Assembly: GCA_004298545.1 (NCBI GenBank)
Contig: SCQX01000172.1
Span: 8,528-72,527 of the forward strand
DNA: 64,000 nucleotides
Source of the DNA: Candidimonas sp.
GTDB lineage: Bacteria; Pseudomonadota; Gammaproteobacteria; Burkholderiales; Burkholderiaceae_B
Direction: 5' to 3'
Positions 9,655 through 18,460 of this stretch are shown piece after piece (within the stretch, counting starts at the first letter, position 1; each line of letters opens with the position of its first letter). Below the pieces are notes generated by a model. The model searched no databases. It was not told the origin of the DNA and worked only from the letters and a program-made list of their open reading frames with translations. A program made the translations under genes and the position numbers.

Positions 9655-10371
9655 TCAAACGGACAAATGTCGCCGGACAACTTCTGGATCTTCCAGCTCA
9701 GCAACAGTTATCTCTTTAATGATTCGCCCCTTATTCATTACGTAACATCTTTGTGCCAATAGCCTGATCATGTTTATATTCTGCTCGACGAGTACGATCG
9801 CGATCCCAAGTTGCTTACTCACTTCGCGCATATTCGCTGCAATTTCTTGCACAATCGATGGCTGAATGCCTTCCGATGGTTCATCTAATAAGATTAAATT
9901 AGGGCTGCCAACAAGTGCACGCCCAATAGCCAACATTTGCTGTTGGCCACCACTCATTGTTCCGGCCACTTGGGATTTTCGTTCCGCCAGAACCGGGAAA
10001 AAATTATATACGAGATCATAAAGTTTGGCCCCATTCTTACCACCAATCAACTCACCAACCATAAGGTTCTCGGACACAGTTAACCGCGGAAATAATCCTC
10101 TTCCCTGGGGGATATAGCCAATTCCCATTTTTGCCCGATCGTTCGCACTTGTGCGTGTTATATCTACTCCACGAAACACAATGGAGCCACTAGTGGCCCG
10201 CAAAAGGCCAATCAGGCATTTCATGAGCGTTGTCTTTCCAACGCCGTTACGCCCTATGATGGAGACAATCTCGCCAGCTTGCAGCGAAAAATCCGCACCC
10301 TGCAGTATAGGCGTTTCACCGTATTGTGCACACAATTCATGGGCCTCTAGAATCGGCTTCTGAACCATCAT
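9655..10371 (-). CDS. HAAT-family ABC transporter ATP-binding protein (LivF/UrtE-like)
   Basis: Walker A GRNGVGKTT, signature MSGGQQQMLAIGRAL, Walker B LILLDEPSEG. ATGA overlap with the upstream ATPase gene. Confidence 0.9.
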   Translation of the reverse strand: MMVQKPILEAHELCAQYGETPILQGADFSLQAGEIVSIIGRNGVGKTTLMKCLIGLLRATSGSIVFRGVDITRTSANDRAKMGIGYIPQGRGLFPRLTVSENLMVGELIGGKNGAKLYDLVYNFFPVLAERKSQVAGTMSGGQQQMLAIGRALVGSPNLILLDEPSEGIQPSIVQEIAANMREVSKQLGIAIVLVEQNINMIRLLAQRCYVMNKGRIIKEITVAELEDPEVVRRHLSV

Positions 10372-11081
10372 GCGTTTCCCAGATAGATGCGCATTACATC
10401 TCGGTCTGCCTCTACGCTACTAATACTACCTTCCCGAAACACCTTCCCATAATGAAAGACAGTTACCTTATGTGCAATCTGGCGGACAAATTCCATATCA
10501 TGCTCGATCGCGATGATAGTGACACCTTCCGCATTCAGTTTCTGCACGAGTACCCCAGTCCGAAAGGTTTCCGCGGGCGACATGCCAGCTGTAGGTTCAT
10601 CGAGCAACAGGAGTTCAGGATGTGAGCCCATCGCCATACCGATATCGAGCCATTGCTGTTGTCCGTGTGACAGGTTTTGCGCTAGATCTTGCCTCTGCGA
10701 GTCAAGTCCAATGAGATCCATCAGGCGGTCCAACTCGGCTCGCAGATTCTCTGATGAAGTGGTACGCTGCAGTGCTACAAGAAGATTTTCTTCTGCACTG
10801 AGTGTAGGAAAAACGCCCGGAGCCTGGAACTTCACGCCTAAACCTTTCACAATACGACGATAGAATGGCAATGACGAAATGTCTTCATTCTTAAAATAGA
10901 TGGAACCTGCTGTAGGCTCGTAGAAACCAACGGCCAACCGCAGGAAAGTGCTTTTCCCTGCACCATTTGGGCCAATGATGCAGCGTACCTCCCCAGCATC
11001 AACGGAAAGGTCAACATTGGAAACCGCCTTAAAACCGCCGAATTGCTTGACGAGCCCATGCGTCTCGAGTAGCTTATCCAT
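10368..11081 (-). CDS. HAAT-family ABC transporter ATP-binding protein (LivG/UrtD-like)
   Basis: The track start at 11096 is a TTG; the first ATG is at 11081 (MDKLLETHGLVKQFGG). Walker A GPNGAGKST, signature LSHGQQQWLDIGMAM, Walker B LLLLDEPTAG. Confidence 0.9.
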   Translation of the reverse strand: MDKLLETHGLVKQFGGFKAVSNVDLSVDAGEVRCIIGPNGAGKSTFLRLAVGFYEPTAGSIYFKNEDISSLPFYRRIVKGLGVKFQAPGVFPTLSAEENLLVALQRTTSSENLRAELDRLMDLIGLDSQRQDLAQNLSHGQQQWLDIGMAMGSHPELLLLDEPTAGMSPAETFRTGVLVQKLNAEGVTIIAIEHDMEFVRQIAHKVTVFHYGKVFREGSISSVEADRDVMRIYLGNA

Positions 11082-11103
11082 ATCAGTTCTATCCAATGAT
11101 GTC

Positions 11104-12162
11104 TTAAATCTCCGGCTTCGATAATATTCGGTGTTTACGCCGAAACCACTTCCTATAACCGAGGGCGATCCCTACAATAAAGCCGTCTGGAACAAATAAA
11201 ATTACCATCAATAAAATTACGCCGAGAAGAATGAGCGCATACTGGCTTCCGTAAATCGCCAGTGCTTGAGAAACATATAGGATCACCAACGTTCCAATCA
11301 ATGCCGCAGTAAGGTCCTTGCGGCCGCCCACAGCAACCCAGATAACCGGAAGCACGGCGGAATACAACCCCATTGAACTCGGTGTAATATATTGGCCCCA
11401 CGCTACATACATGACGCCGCTGACTCCCGCAAGCGCACTACCAATCACAAAGGCACCCAGTTGATAGGCGCGGATGTCGAAACCCAACATCGTCGCGCGC
11501 AACGGGTTCTCACGAATAGCCACGAGCACTCGTCCAAAATGCGAATTCACGAGCATTCGAAGCCCAATATAAGTAATTACAATTGCACTGAGCAATAAGA
11601 AGAAAAGAATCCGCCCTTCAACAAGAACGTCACCATCGAACCAAGGAATACCTAGCGGCGGCATACCAGTCATACCGTTAAACCCATTGAGGCGCGCCGT
11701 ACCAATTGCCCATTCTGGCCCAGCTGTCTGTGCCAAGAACGTTTCCAGCACTAGGGTCACCGCTAGTGTGACAATCGCAACAAACACATCCGTAACCCCT
11801 CCATAAAACATAAAGTATCCGAGAAATGCCGCACAAAGACCGGACAGTGCAATGGCTGCGATTAGCGCTGCCCAAGTTACGCTACTCGCGTCGCCAAAAT
11901 TGAGAGTGATAATGCTATATGCGTAACCCGCCAGCCCGAAGAATGCTGTTTGACCGAAGCTAAGAATGCCTCCATATCCCCACATTAGACACAGGCCCAG
12001 CGCCATGAATACCCAGATCAGAAAATACGACGTGTTTTCGATTTGAAATGGATCTACAAACATACCGAACAGGATCGCCAGGCCAACAACAGCTCCTATC
12101 GAAGACCAAAAGCATCTACCGCGTCCAAGTGTGTGAATGCCCTCGACCAAGCTTAGATCCAT
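11104..12162 (-). CDS. HAAT-family ABC transporter permease (LivM/UrtC-like)
   Basis: The track start at 12177 is a TTG; an ATG is at 12162. Polytopic hydrophobic protein in the operon position expected for the second permease. Confidence 0.85.
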   Translation of the reverse strand: MDLSLVEGIHTLGRGRCFWSSIGAVVGLAILFGMFVDPFQIENTSYFLIWVFMALGLCLMWGYGGILSFGQTAFFGLAGYAYSIITLNFGDASSVTWAALIAAIALSGLCAAFLGYFMFYGGVTDVFVAIVTLAVTLVLETFLAQTAGPEWAIGTARLNGFNGMTGMPPLGIPWFDGDVLVEGRILFFLLLSAIVITYIGLRMLVNSHFGRVLVAIRENPLRATMLGFDIRAYQLGAFVIGSALAGVSGVMYVAWGQYITPSSMGLYSAVLPVIWVAVGGRKDLTAALIGTLVILYVSQALAIYGSQYALILLGVILLMVILFVPDGFIVGIALGYRKWFRRKHRILSKPEI

Positions 12163-12189
12163 GCTATTCCCCAGCAACGCAAGAAATAC

Positions 12190-13056
12190 TCACGCCTTTT
12201 TGCGAATGATCCAATCAGAGATACCTTTCGGCAACACGCGTATGGTGACGACAACCGCCAACAGGAGGCCAACCTGTCCAATGAGAGTACCGAACTGCGA
12301 CGTCAGGGCAGATTGAACAATACTCAAGACTCCACCCGCGGGCGCGGTGCCTACCAACACATCCCCGCCACCAACAATAACCGTAACGAACGCAGGAACA
12401 ACGAATCCACCGCCCATCGTCGGCACCAGTGTCATGGTGGGCGCATAAAGCGCCCCGGTGAGACCGGCCAAGCCGGCGCCAAACGCGAAAGTCAACCCAT
12501 ACATGACGTCAGTATTCAAGCCGAGTGCTCTTGCGATATCAGGGTCTTGTATAGTCGCACGCGCATATACGCCGTAGCGGGTATGGACAAAAACGTAATA
12601 GAGCGCTCCCAGCACGGCAATCGCGACAGCAACCAAAAACAACCGATAGACAGAAAAAGTAAATCCTCCAGCCGTCACACTCCCGAAAGGTGTTGGAATG
12701 CCAGCCAGGGTGGGGCCCGCCATGATAAGCATACCTTGACTGATAATAAGGCTAATACCCCAGGTAGCAATAATCGAATCAAGTGGTCGGCGATACAAGT
12801 GTCGAATGATGAGTCGTTCAAGAACAGATCCTATCAGTGCTACAGAAATGGTACCGACCACAATTGCTACTACGAGCGGTAACCCAAAGTGCGCCGTAAC
12901 TGCCGTTATGTACGCTCCAAGCATGATAAACTCGCCATGCGCAAGATTGATAACACCCATCATGCCAAAGATAATTGCTAATCCAACCGCACAAAGAACA
13001 AGAAAGGCAAAATTATCGGCGAACTGGTACAAGAAGACGATCGTTGACATCCCCAT
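12190..13056 (-). CDS. HAAT-family ABC transporter permease (LivH/UrtB-like)
   Basis: 288-aa polytopic membrane protein. ATG at 13056 or 13050 behind GGGAGG. Confidence 0.85.
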   Translation of the reverse strand: MGMSTIVFLYQFADNFAFLVLCAVGLAIIFGMMGVINLAHGEFIMLGAYITAVTAHFGLPLVVAIVVGTISVALIGSVLERLIIRHLYRRPLDSIIATWGISLIISQGMLIMAGPTLAGIPTPFGSVTAGGFTFSVYRLFLVAVAIAVLGALYYVFVHTRYGVYARATIQDPDIARALGLNTDVMYGLTFAFGAGLAGLTGALYAPTMTLVPTMGGGFVVPAFVTVIVGGGDVLVGTAPAGGVLSIVQSALTSQFGTLIGQVGLLLAVVVTIRVLPKGISDWIIRKKA

Positions 13057-13198
13057 CCTCCCGGAAGCAAATGGATAGTCGCATGACCCTCTGGCAGAAA
13101 TCGCTGGGCGCTCGTAAGCAAGTACCTATGGATACCGCACGTCGCAGCTGCCACCATCATGCTGAAGCTGCCTAAACATACAAGCCAGCTGATCCAGC

Positions 13199-14443
13199 CT
13201 ACTTACGTGGTGGATTACTAGGTGTATATTGATTGTGATCAGATTTCACTGGAAGGTTGCAGCCTGCATCTCCGAGCCAGCTCGGTTCCACGTCCGCCCA
13301 CACTTCCACACGCTTCAGAGAGTGATTAGGCTCCACCTGCATCATCGAAATGGTATGCGAAAGATGATGGCTTCTCGGGTCCACGCACACTTTGCCCTCC
13401 GGCGCTTCAATACAAGTATCCGGAGATTCAAGCGCCTTGATCACAGCCGCCTGATTCGTGGTACCCGCTTTTTTCACTCCATGCGCGTACAAATAAACCC
13501 CCACATAGGAATCCTCTCCCACCTGATTTATGTATTTCTCAGATGGAAATTTTGCATGCCACGCTTTCTTGAAAGCATCACTCGCAGGAGTGTCAATCTC
13601 TTCCATATAGTTAGCCGCTATATACATGCCATTCATCGCAGGAGGTGGCAACTGCTTATGCTCATAGAAGGTGGGGCCATTGACGAAGCTCGCCATTGGT
13701 ACTGTAAGGTTGGCAGCCGCCGCCTGTTGAAAAAAGGAAACCTGATTGGCGCCAATCATAAGAGTTATTAAAACATCCGGTTTTGCCGCCTGTATATTAC
13801 TGATCGTTTGGTTGAACTGAGATACACTCAGAGGTATAAACTCTTGCCCAACCATTTTCCCGCCACTCTGCTCAACAAACTTTCGTATCCATTCCGCTGA
13901 AATTTGTCCAAAATTATAATCTGCGGCAATCGTATATACCTTCGGCCCGAACTTTTTTACCATATATGGAACCATTTTTGACAATACCTGATCGGGTACG
14001 ATACCGGTCAAAAACATGTTCTTATCACAAACACCACCCTCATATTCATTATTATAGAAATACAACTGTTTGTACCGATCAGCGATGGGACGAATAGCTT
14101 CCCGGGAGGCACTAGAAAATGCGCCAAATAACACATCTACCTTATCTTGTAGAATCAGACGCCGTGCAAACTCTTGATAGCGGCGGTTATCGGATTGCGT
14201 ATCATAATATATGACCTTCAACTTTCGACCAAGCACTCCTCCGCGAGCATTAATTTCGGAAACCGCAAGCTCCACGCCGTGGACCTTTGGTATTCCGGCC
14301 GCTGCGAAATCTCCCGTGGAATCTTCCAATAGGCCAATCTTGATCGGACCACTAGCGGCATCCGCTGTCGCGCCGACTGCCACACCCGAAAGCGTGCAGA
14401 GTAATACCAGTGTCGATAGCTCTGCGACCCATGTTTTCTTCAT
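13199..14443 (-). CDS. periplasmic substrate-binding protein, amide/urea-binding (AmiC/UrtA-like) subgroup of the Leu/Ile/Val-binding fold
   Basis: Signal peptide MKKTWVAELSTLVLLCTLSGVAVGA. KIGLLEDSTGDFAAAG...ELAVSEINARGGVLGRKLKVIYYDTQSD...DKVDVLFGAFSSASREAI resembles UrtA/AmiC-type proteins. AGGAG lies 8 nt before the ATG. Confidence 0.85.
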   Translation of the reverse strand: MKKTWVAELSTLVLLCTLSGVAVGATADAASGPIKIGLLEDSTGDFAAAGIPKVHGVELAVSEINARGGVLGRKLKVIYYDTQSDNRRYQEFARRLILQDKVDVLFGAFSSASREAIRPIADRYKQLYFYNNEYEGGVCDKNMFLTGIVPDQVLSKMVPYMVKKFGPKVYTIAADYNFGQISAEWIRKFVEQSGGKMVGQEFIPLSVSQFNQTISNIQAAKPDVLITLMIGANQVSFFQQAAAANLTVPMASFVNGPTFYEHKQLPPPAMNGMYIAANYMEEIDTPASDAFKKAWHAKFPSEKYINQVGEDSYVGVYLYAHGVKKAGTTNQAAVIKALESPDTCIEAPEGKVCVDPRSHHLSHTISMMQVEPNHSLKRVEVWADVEPSWLGDAGCNLPVKSDHNQYTPSNPPRK

Positions 14444-14588
14444 AAGGTGTCTCCTAGAAGGTGCAATCGTCGAATCGGTGAATTAACCAAGCCATACTTT
14501 CCGCAGCGCTCGCGCCCGAACATTTCTACGCCATATGCGGATTTCAAACCCTCGACGCTTATAGCTAGTGGCCTAACACCGACAAATG

Positions 14589-14618
14589 ATGATAGTGCCA
14601 TAGTTGTCTATCAGACAA
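14589..14618 (-). promoter_or_regulatory. candidate sigma-70 promoter overlapped by perfect palindrome TTGTCT-ATC-AGACAA, upstream of the ABC/amidase operon
   Basis: Palindrome read at 14604-14618. On the minus strand TTGTCT-N18-TATCAT (-10 at 14589-14594) lies ~150 nt upstream of the binding-protein ATG. Confidence 0.35.
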
Positions 14619-14782
14619 GTCAGTAAAAACACCTATTGGGATATGGTGAAAAACTTGCACATGACTCCCGAGTGAACAGAGCACTCGCGGTGCATAAACT
14701 GACAACAGGCGGAAGGCGAACGCAACGGGCGTCAACACCGCAGGAAGTCAACACATTGCTGACAACAAAATACCCTACGGAC

Positions 14783-15418
14783 TTATTGTCTGGGAGCTCG
14801 CTCTTCCGTCACCACCTTCAGCCGCTGTAAATTAGCCGCCCGCGCCGTGTCGTATTCCATGAGATGGGCAATCTTGTCAGCCGCGGTTTCACCGTAACGA
14901 CGCGCGATCAGATAGAACGTCGTGTCGATCCCCAACGTTACGCCACCCCCCGTGATGACTCGGCCATTGTCGACGAGCAATACTTGACGCAGGACTCTTA
15001 CTTCCGCTTTCGCCAGTTCGTCCATCGGGGAGCATTCCGATGGAACAACGCGGCACTTGGTCGTGGCTGCAAGCCCATCGAGCACGCCAGCCGCCGCAAG
15101 AATCAGCGAACCGGTGCAGATTGACACCACCAGCGCTCTTGGCGCCCATTTGCGGATGAATGCAAGCGTCATCTCATCATGTGCCGCCCGAGACCAGCCT
15201 CCACCGCCCGGGACCATCAGCACGTCTACATCGGTTACTTCATCGAACGAGAGGCTGGGGAGCACCGCCAGCCCGTTGGACAGCCGCACCGCATCCCTTG
15301 TAGGGGCCACCAAGCGATATTCCAAGTCAGGAATCACTCGTTTGCCCATGGAGAACACGCCGATCGGCGCTAGATCGATTGGCTCGATTTCTGAGTAAAG
15401 CAAATAGGTTAGCTGCAT
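14783..15418 (-). CDS. DJ-1/PfpI-family (class I glutamine-amidotransferase-like) protein
   Basis: ORF track 14783..15472 trimmed to ATG 15418 behind GGAGGGAGG. Nucleophile-elbow Cys in VVSICTGSLILAAAGVLDG, and VLMVPGGGG. Confidence 0.8.
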   Translation of the reverse strand: MQLTYLLYSEIEPIDLAPIGVFSMGKRVIPDLEYRLVAPTRDAVRLSNGLAVLPSLSFDEVTDVDVLMVPGGGGWSRAAHDEMTLAFIRKWAPRALVVSICTGSLILAAAGVLDGLAATTKCRVVPSECSPMDELAKAEVRVLRQVLLVDNGRVITGGGVTLGIDTTFYLIARRYGETAADKIAHLMEYDTARAANLQRLKVVTEERAPRQ

Positions 15419-15487
15419 CTTTTCACGCCTCCCTCCAAGTGATGAACTGCCACCGCATCTTTTACCAGACATAGGTAAAAACCCGAT

Positions 15488-15502
15488 GTTGCCTTATAGG
15501 CA
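15488..15502. promoter_or_regulatory. 15-bp inverted repeat TTGCC-TTATA-GGCAA (candidate operator)
   Basis: Read directly, 70 nt upstream of the DJ-1/PfpI start in the region divergent from the MFS gene. It has the same arms and spacing as 5100-5114. Confidence 0.35.
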
Positions 15503-15726
15503 ATTCAATACTACGATTTGTCTCGACGGCGGTCAAGCTCAGAATCACACAAAACTGCACTCGCCGTGGACTACTGTGCTTGAACTAGTCTTCAGGAAAT
15601 CGGAAGCCCGGAATCAGAAGCTTCAAAGAAACACGTACAAAAGGCGAAAGCGCCCAAAGATCGACATGGGCCCGATCGTTCGTGAAATTGAGAAGTCAAC
15701 ATTCAGTCCATTGTCCGGAGACAAAA

Positions 15727-17067
15727 ATGATCACTTCCGCTGTAAATATTCCGCGTAATCGGGAATCAATACGCAAAGTAGCGTTTGCAAGCGCTATTGG
15801 TACGACCATCGAATGGTACGATTTCCTGATCTATGCCACCGCCGCGTCGCTCGTCCTCAATAAACTTTTCTTTCCGACCGATAACGCGCTCGTAAGCCAA
15901 TTGCTCTCTATCAGTACCATAGGGGTGGGGTTTTTCGCACGGCCTATCGGCGCTCTAATCCTCAGCCATTACGGGGACCGTATCGGACGTCGGTCGCTGC
16001 TAATTTTCACCCTCGTGGCTATGGGCATTTCTACAATGCTGATCGGACTGCTCCCCACATATGAATCCATTGGCATCGCTGCGCCCATCATCCTTGTAGT
16101 ATGCCGCTTGGTGCAGGGGCTCGCCGTTGGCGGGGAATGGGGAGGAGCCGTGCTGATGGCAATCGAGCACGCGCCGGAAGAAAAACGGGGCTTTTATGGC
16201 AGCGTAGTACAGATCGGCTTTCCATTAGGGATGGCACTCGGCACGATCTCATACTTTTCACTTGCGTTCCTCGACAATGCCCAGTTTTTAAGCTGGGGAT
16301 GGCGTCTGCCTTTCCTCGCAAGTGCCCTGCTGGTGGTCGTCGGTACCTACGTTCGCATACACATCGACGAAACACCAGACTTCGAGCAGAGTGTGCGAAG
16401 AGGGGAGATTGAACGCTTTCCGGTATGGCAGGCGATCCGTCGTTATCCGAAAGACATTCTTATTGGTCTGGGTGCACGCATTACCGAGATCTCGTGGATA
16501 TACGTACTGACCATCTTCGGCCTAAGCTATGCCGTGCAGGATTTGGGCTTGTCACGAAACTTGGTGCTCGGTGCCATTTCCATCGGCGCGATCGTGGAAC
16601 TCATCACGATTCCGCTCTGTGGCGCGATTTCCGACTACTTCGGCCGCCGGCCCGTATACATACTGGGATGCGTTGCCACCATCATCCTGTCATTTCCCAT
16701 CTTCTGGGGGATCGAAACAAAGGACCCGACCACTGTCATCCTCTCATTCGTCGTCGGTATGGCGGTGGGACATGGCATCATGTACGGGGTACAAGCGAGC
16801 TTCCTGAGTGAAATGTTTCCCACGAACGTACGTTACAGCGGCTCATCCTTGGGCTACCAAATCGCGGCCCCGTTGGGTGGAGGTATCGTGCCGGTCATTG
16901 CGGCGGCGTCTGTCGGCGCAACGCACGGTGAAACGTGGGCCGTCTCTCTGATGATGATAATCATCGCCCTGCTCACCATAATCGCGGTGTACTTAAGCAA
17001 AGAGACAGCTCCAAGAATCGTGCGCAAGGCACAGAAAGGAAAAGCCGCTACTCCGGTCGCGTCCTGA
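15727..17067 (+). CDS. MFS transporter, metabolite:H+ symporter (MHS) type
   Basis: ORF track 15682..17067 trimmed to ATG 15727 behind GGAG. TIEWYDFLIYATAASLVLNKLFFP and GDRIGRRS are typical of the ProP/KgtP/ShiA-type family. 12-TM-like hydrophobicity. Confidence 0.85.
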   Translation: MITSAVNIPRNRESIRKVAFASAIGTTIEWYDFLIYATAASLVLNKLFFPTDNALVSQLLSISTIGVGFFARPIGALILSHYGDRIGRRSLLIFTLVAMGISTMLIGLLPTYESIGIAAPIILVVCRLVQGLAVGGEWGGAVLMAIEHAPEEKRGFYGSVVQIGFPLGMALGTISYFSLAFLDNAQFLSWGWRLPFLASALLVVVGTYVRIHIDETPDFEQSVRRGEIERFPVWQAIRRYPKDILIGLGARITEISWIYVLTIFGLSYAVQDLGLSRNLVLGAISIGAIVELITIPLCGAISDYFGRRPVYILGCVATIILSFPIFWGIETKDPTTVILSFVVGMAVGHGIMYGVQASFLSEMFPTNVRYSGSSLGYQIAAPLGGGIVPVIAAASVGATHGETWAVSLMMIIIALLTIIAVYLSKETAPRIVRKAQKGKAATPVAS

Positions 17068-17111
17068 TAGTCCGTTCAACCCAATTTTTCGACCAAAGAG
17101 TGAATAATCTC

Positions 17112-17843
17112 ATGGCAGTCTGGCCCAGTTCCTTGTTGCGAGTCGGCACCGTCGCCGAAAACACAATTGCAGCCCACTTCCATAAGCCCAGTGGTTTCAC
17201 ATACCGGCCGGGCCAGACCGTGTCAGTGGTGCTACCATCCGTCACTTCGAATGCCAAAGAATTACGACACATATTTTCTCTGGTCAGCGCACCACACGAA
17301 AATGAACTGTGCATCACGACACGCGTGCGACCCGGATCGGCATTCAAACAGGCTCTCACAGAACTGTCAGACGGTGCTCCGCTGTCAATCGTCGGGCCGT
17401 ACGGATACTTCACACCACAGCAGGCCGACGGCAATCCGCTCGTATTCATTGCTGGTGGCGTCGGCATCGCACCTTTCATGAGTATGTTGCGCGATCACGT
17501 TCACCGGCACTCCGAACGGCCGATACGCCTGGTATATTCCAATCGGCAGGCGGAAACCGCGCCGTTCCTGGACGAGCTCTACGCGTTGCAAAAGTCGGCT
17601 TCGAACGTACGACTAACGCTAACCATGACGGGCACGGCCCATTCCTCATGGACAGGACAACGTGGCCGTATCAACGATGAAATGCTGGTGGAAGCGCTAG
17701 GAGGGCTGAACGCACCTACTTGCTTTGTTGCGGGTACCGAGCAGATGGTGACAGCAATCAAGGCGCAACTGGCACGTATCGGCACTCCACGGGATTCCGT
17801 GTACAACGAGGTATTCTACGGGTATGAATCACGTCAGGGTTGA
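17112..17843 (+). CDS. ferredoxin-NADP reductase-like FAD/NAD(P)-binding oxidoreductase
   Basis: ORF track 16935..17843 overlaps the MFS gene and was trimmed to ATG 17112. FAD motif RHIFSL (RxYS type) and NAD motif FIAGGVGIAPFMSML. Confidence 0.75.
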   Translation: MAVWPSSLLRVGTVAENTIAAHFHKPSGFTYRPGQTVSVVLPSVTSNAKELRHIFSLVSAPHENELCITTRVRPGSAFKQALTELSDGAPLSIVGPYGYFTPQQADGNPLVFIAGGVGIAPFMSMLRDHVHRHSERPIRLVYSNRQAETAPFLDELYALQKSASNVRLTLTMTGTAHSSWTGQRGRINDEMLVEALGGLNAPTCFVAGTEQMVTAIKAQLARIGTPRDSVYNEVFYGYESRQG

Positions 17844-18432
17844 ACTGAGCCTCAGAAGTTAGGACCCCGGGGTCGAGACGTCACACAGGTGCGACCAACC
17901 AACTGATGACGAGCCTTCACCGTGAATCTCGACGGTCGGGTGCATAGAACAATCGTAAAAAGCCAGATGCATAGCGGGATCGACTCAAATCCGAATGCGC
18001 GCGCCCGTGTCCCACTCAGGTTGGAAGAACTCATAATCGACGCAGTGGCAACTGAAATCGTACTGATGGTTCCAATTTGCATTGCGAGCGTGCGCAAGAG
18101 GTGCGGGCGCGTGGCGCATGCCCCTCGCGCAAAGGGCGAACAAAGCTATCGAGAACCCGATACCCGCATAACGCACGCCCGCCGCACGGCCGACGCACTG
18201 ATGAACCGAACGATCGAGTATCGCAGCGAGGCCCTCGTCCGCACATAACACGAATATTGTGCGTCGCGTCGGAAACGGTCAACGTGTAACTCGTTCCGAG
18301 ATTTTTGTCGAAAGTAGCGCTGTCAAGCAGCTTCGTTTCATGCGTATTCGGAAGAAAGTACCCGCTAAGTACGGCGAAACACCCAAGGGTTTGCATGACG
18401 GCCGCATTGCTTCCAGCCAGACACAAATGACT

Positions 18433-18460
18433 TCGCCCGCGGACGGGTGGCCGCGGGCGA
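18433..18460 (-). terminator. rho-independent-type terminator hairpin after fliC
   Basis: Perfect 10-bp stem TCGCCCGCGG / CCGCGGGCGA with an 8-nt loop, 13 nt after the fliC stop. On the minus strand it is followed by AGTCATTTGTGT. Confidence 0.6.

Noticed and set aside
14444-14640. Possible guanidine-I (ykkC) or other riboswitch in the ~150-nt leader of the amide/urea-type importer operon
   Set aside because: I read the minus-strand leader and could not find the conserved ykkC core (ACUAGGGUUCCG / GGGA...ACGR). Only vague resemblance (GAGGGTTTGAAATCCG). A covariance-model scan would be needed.
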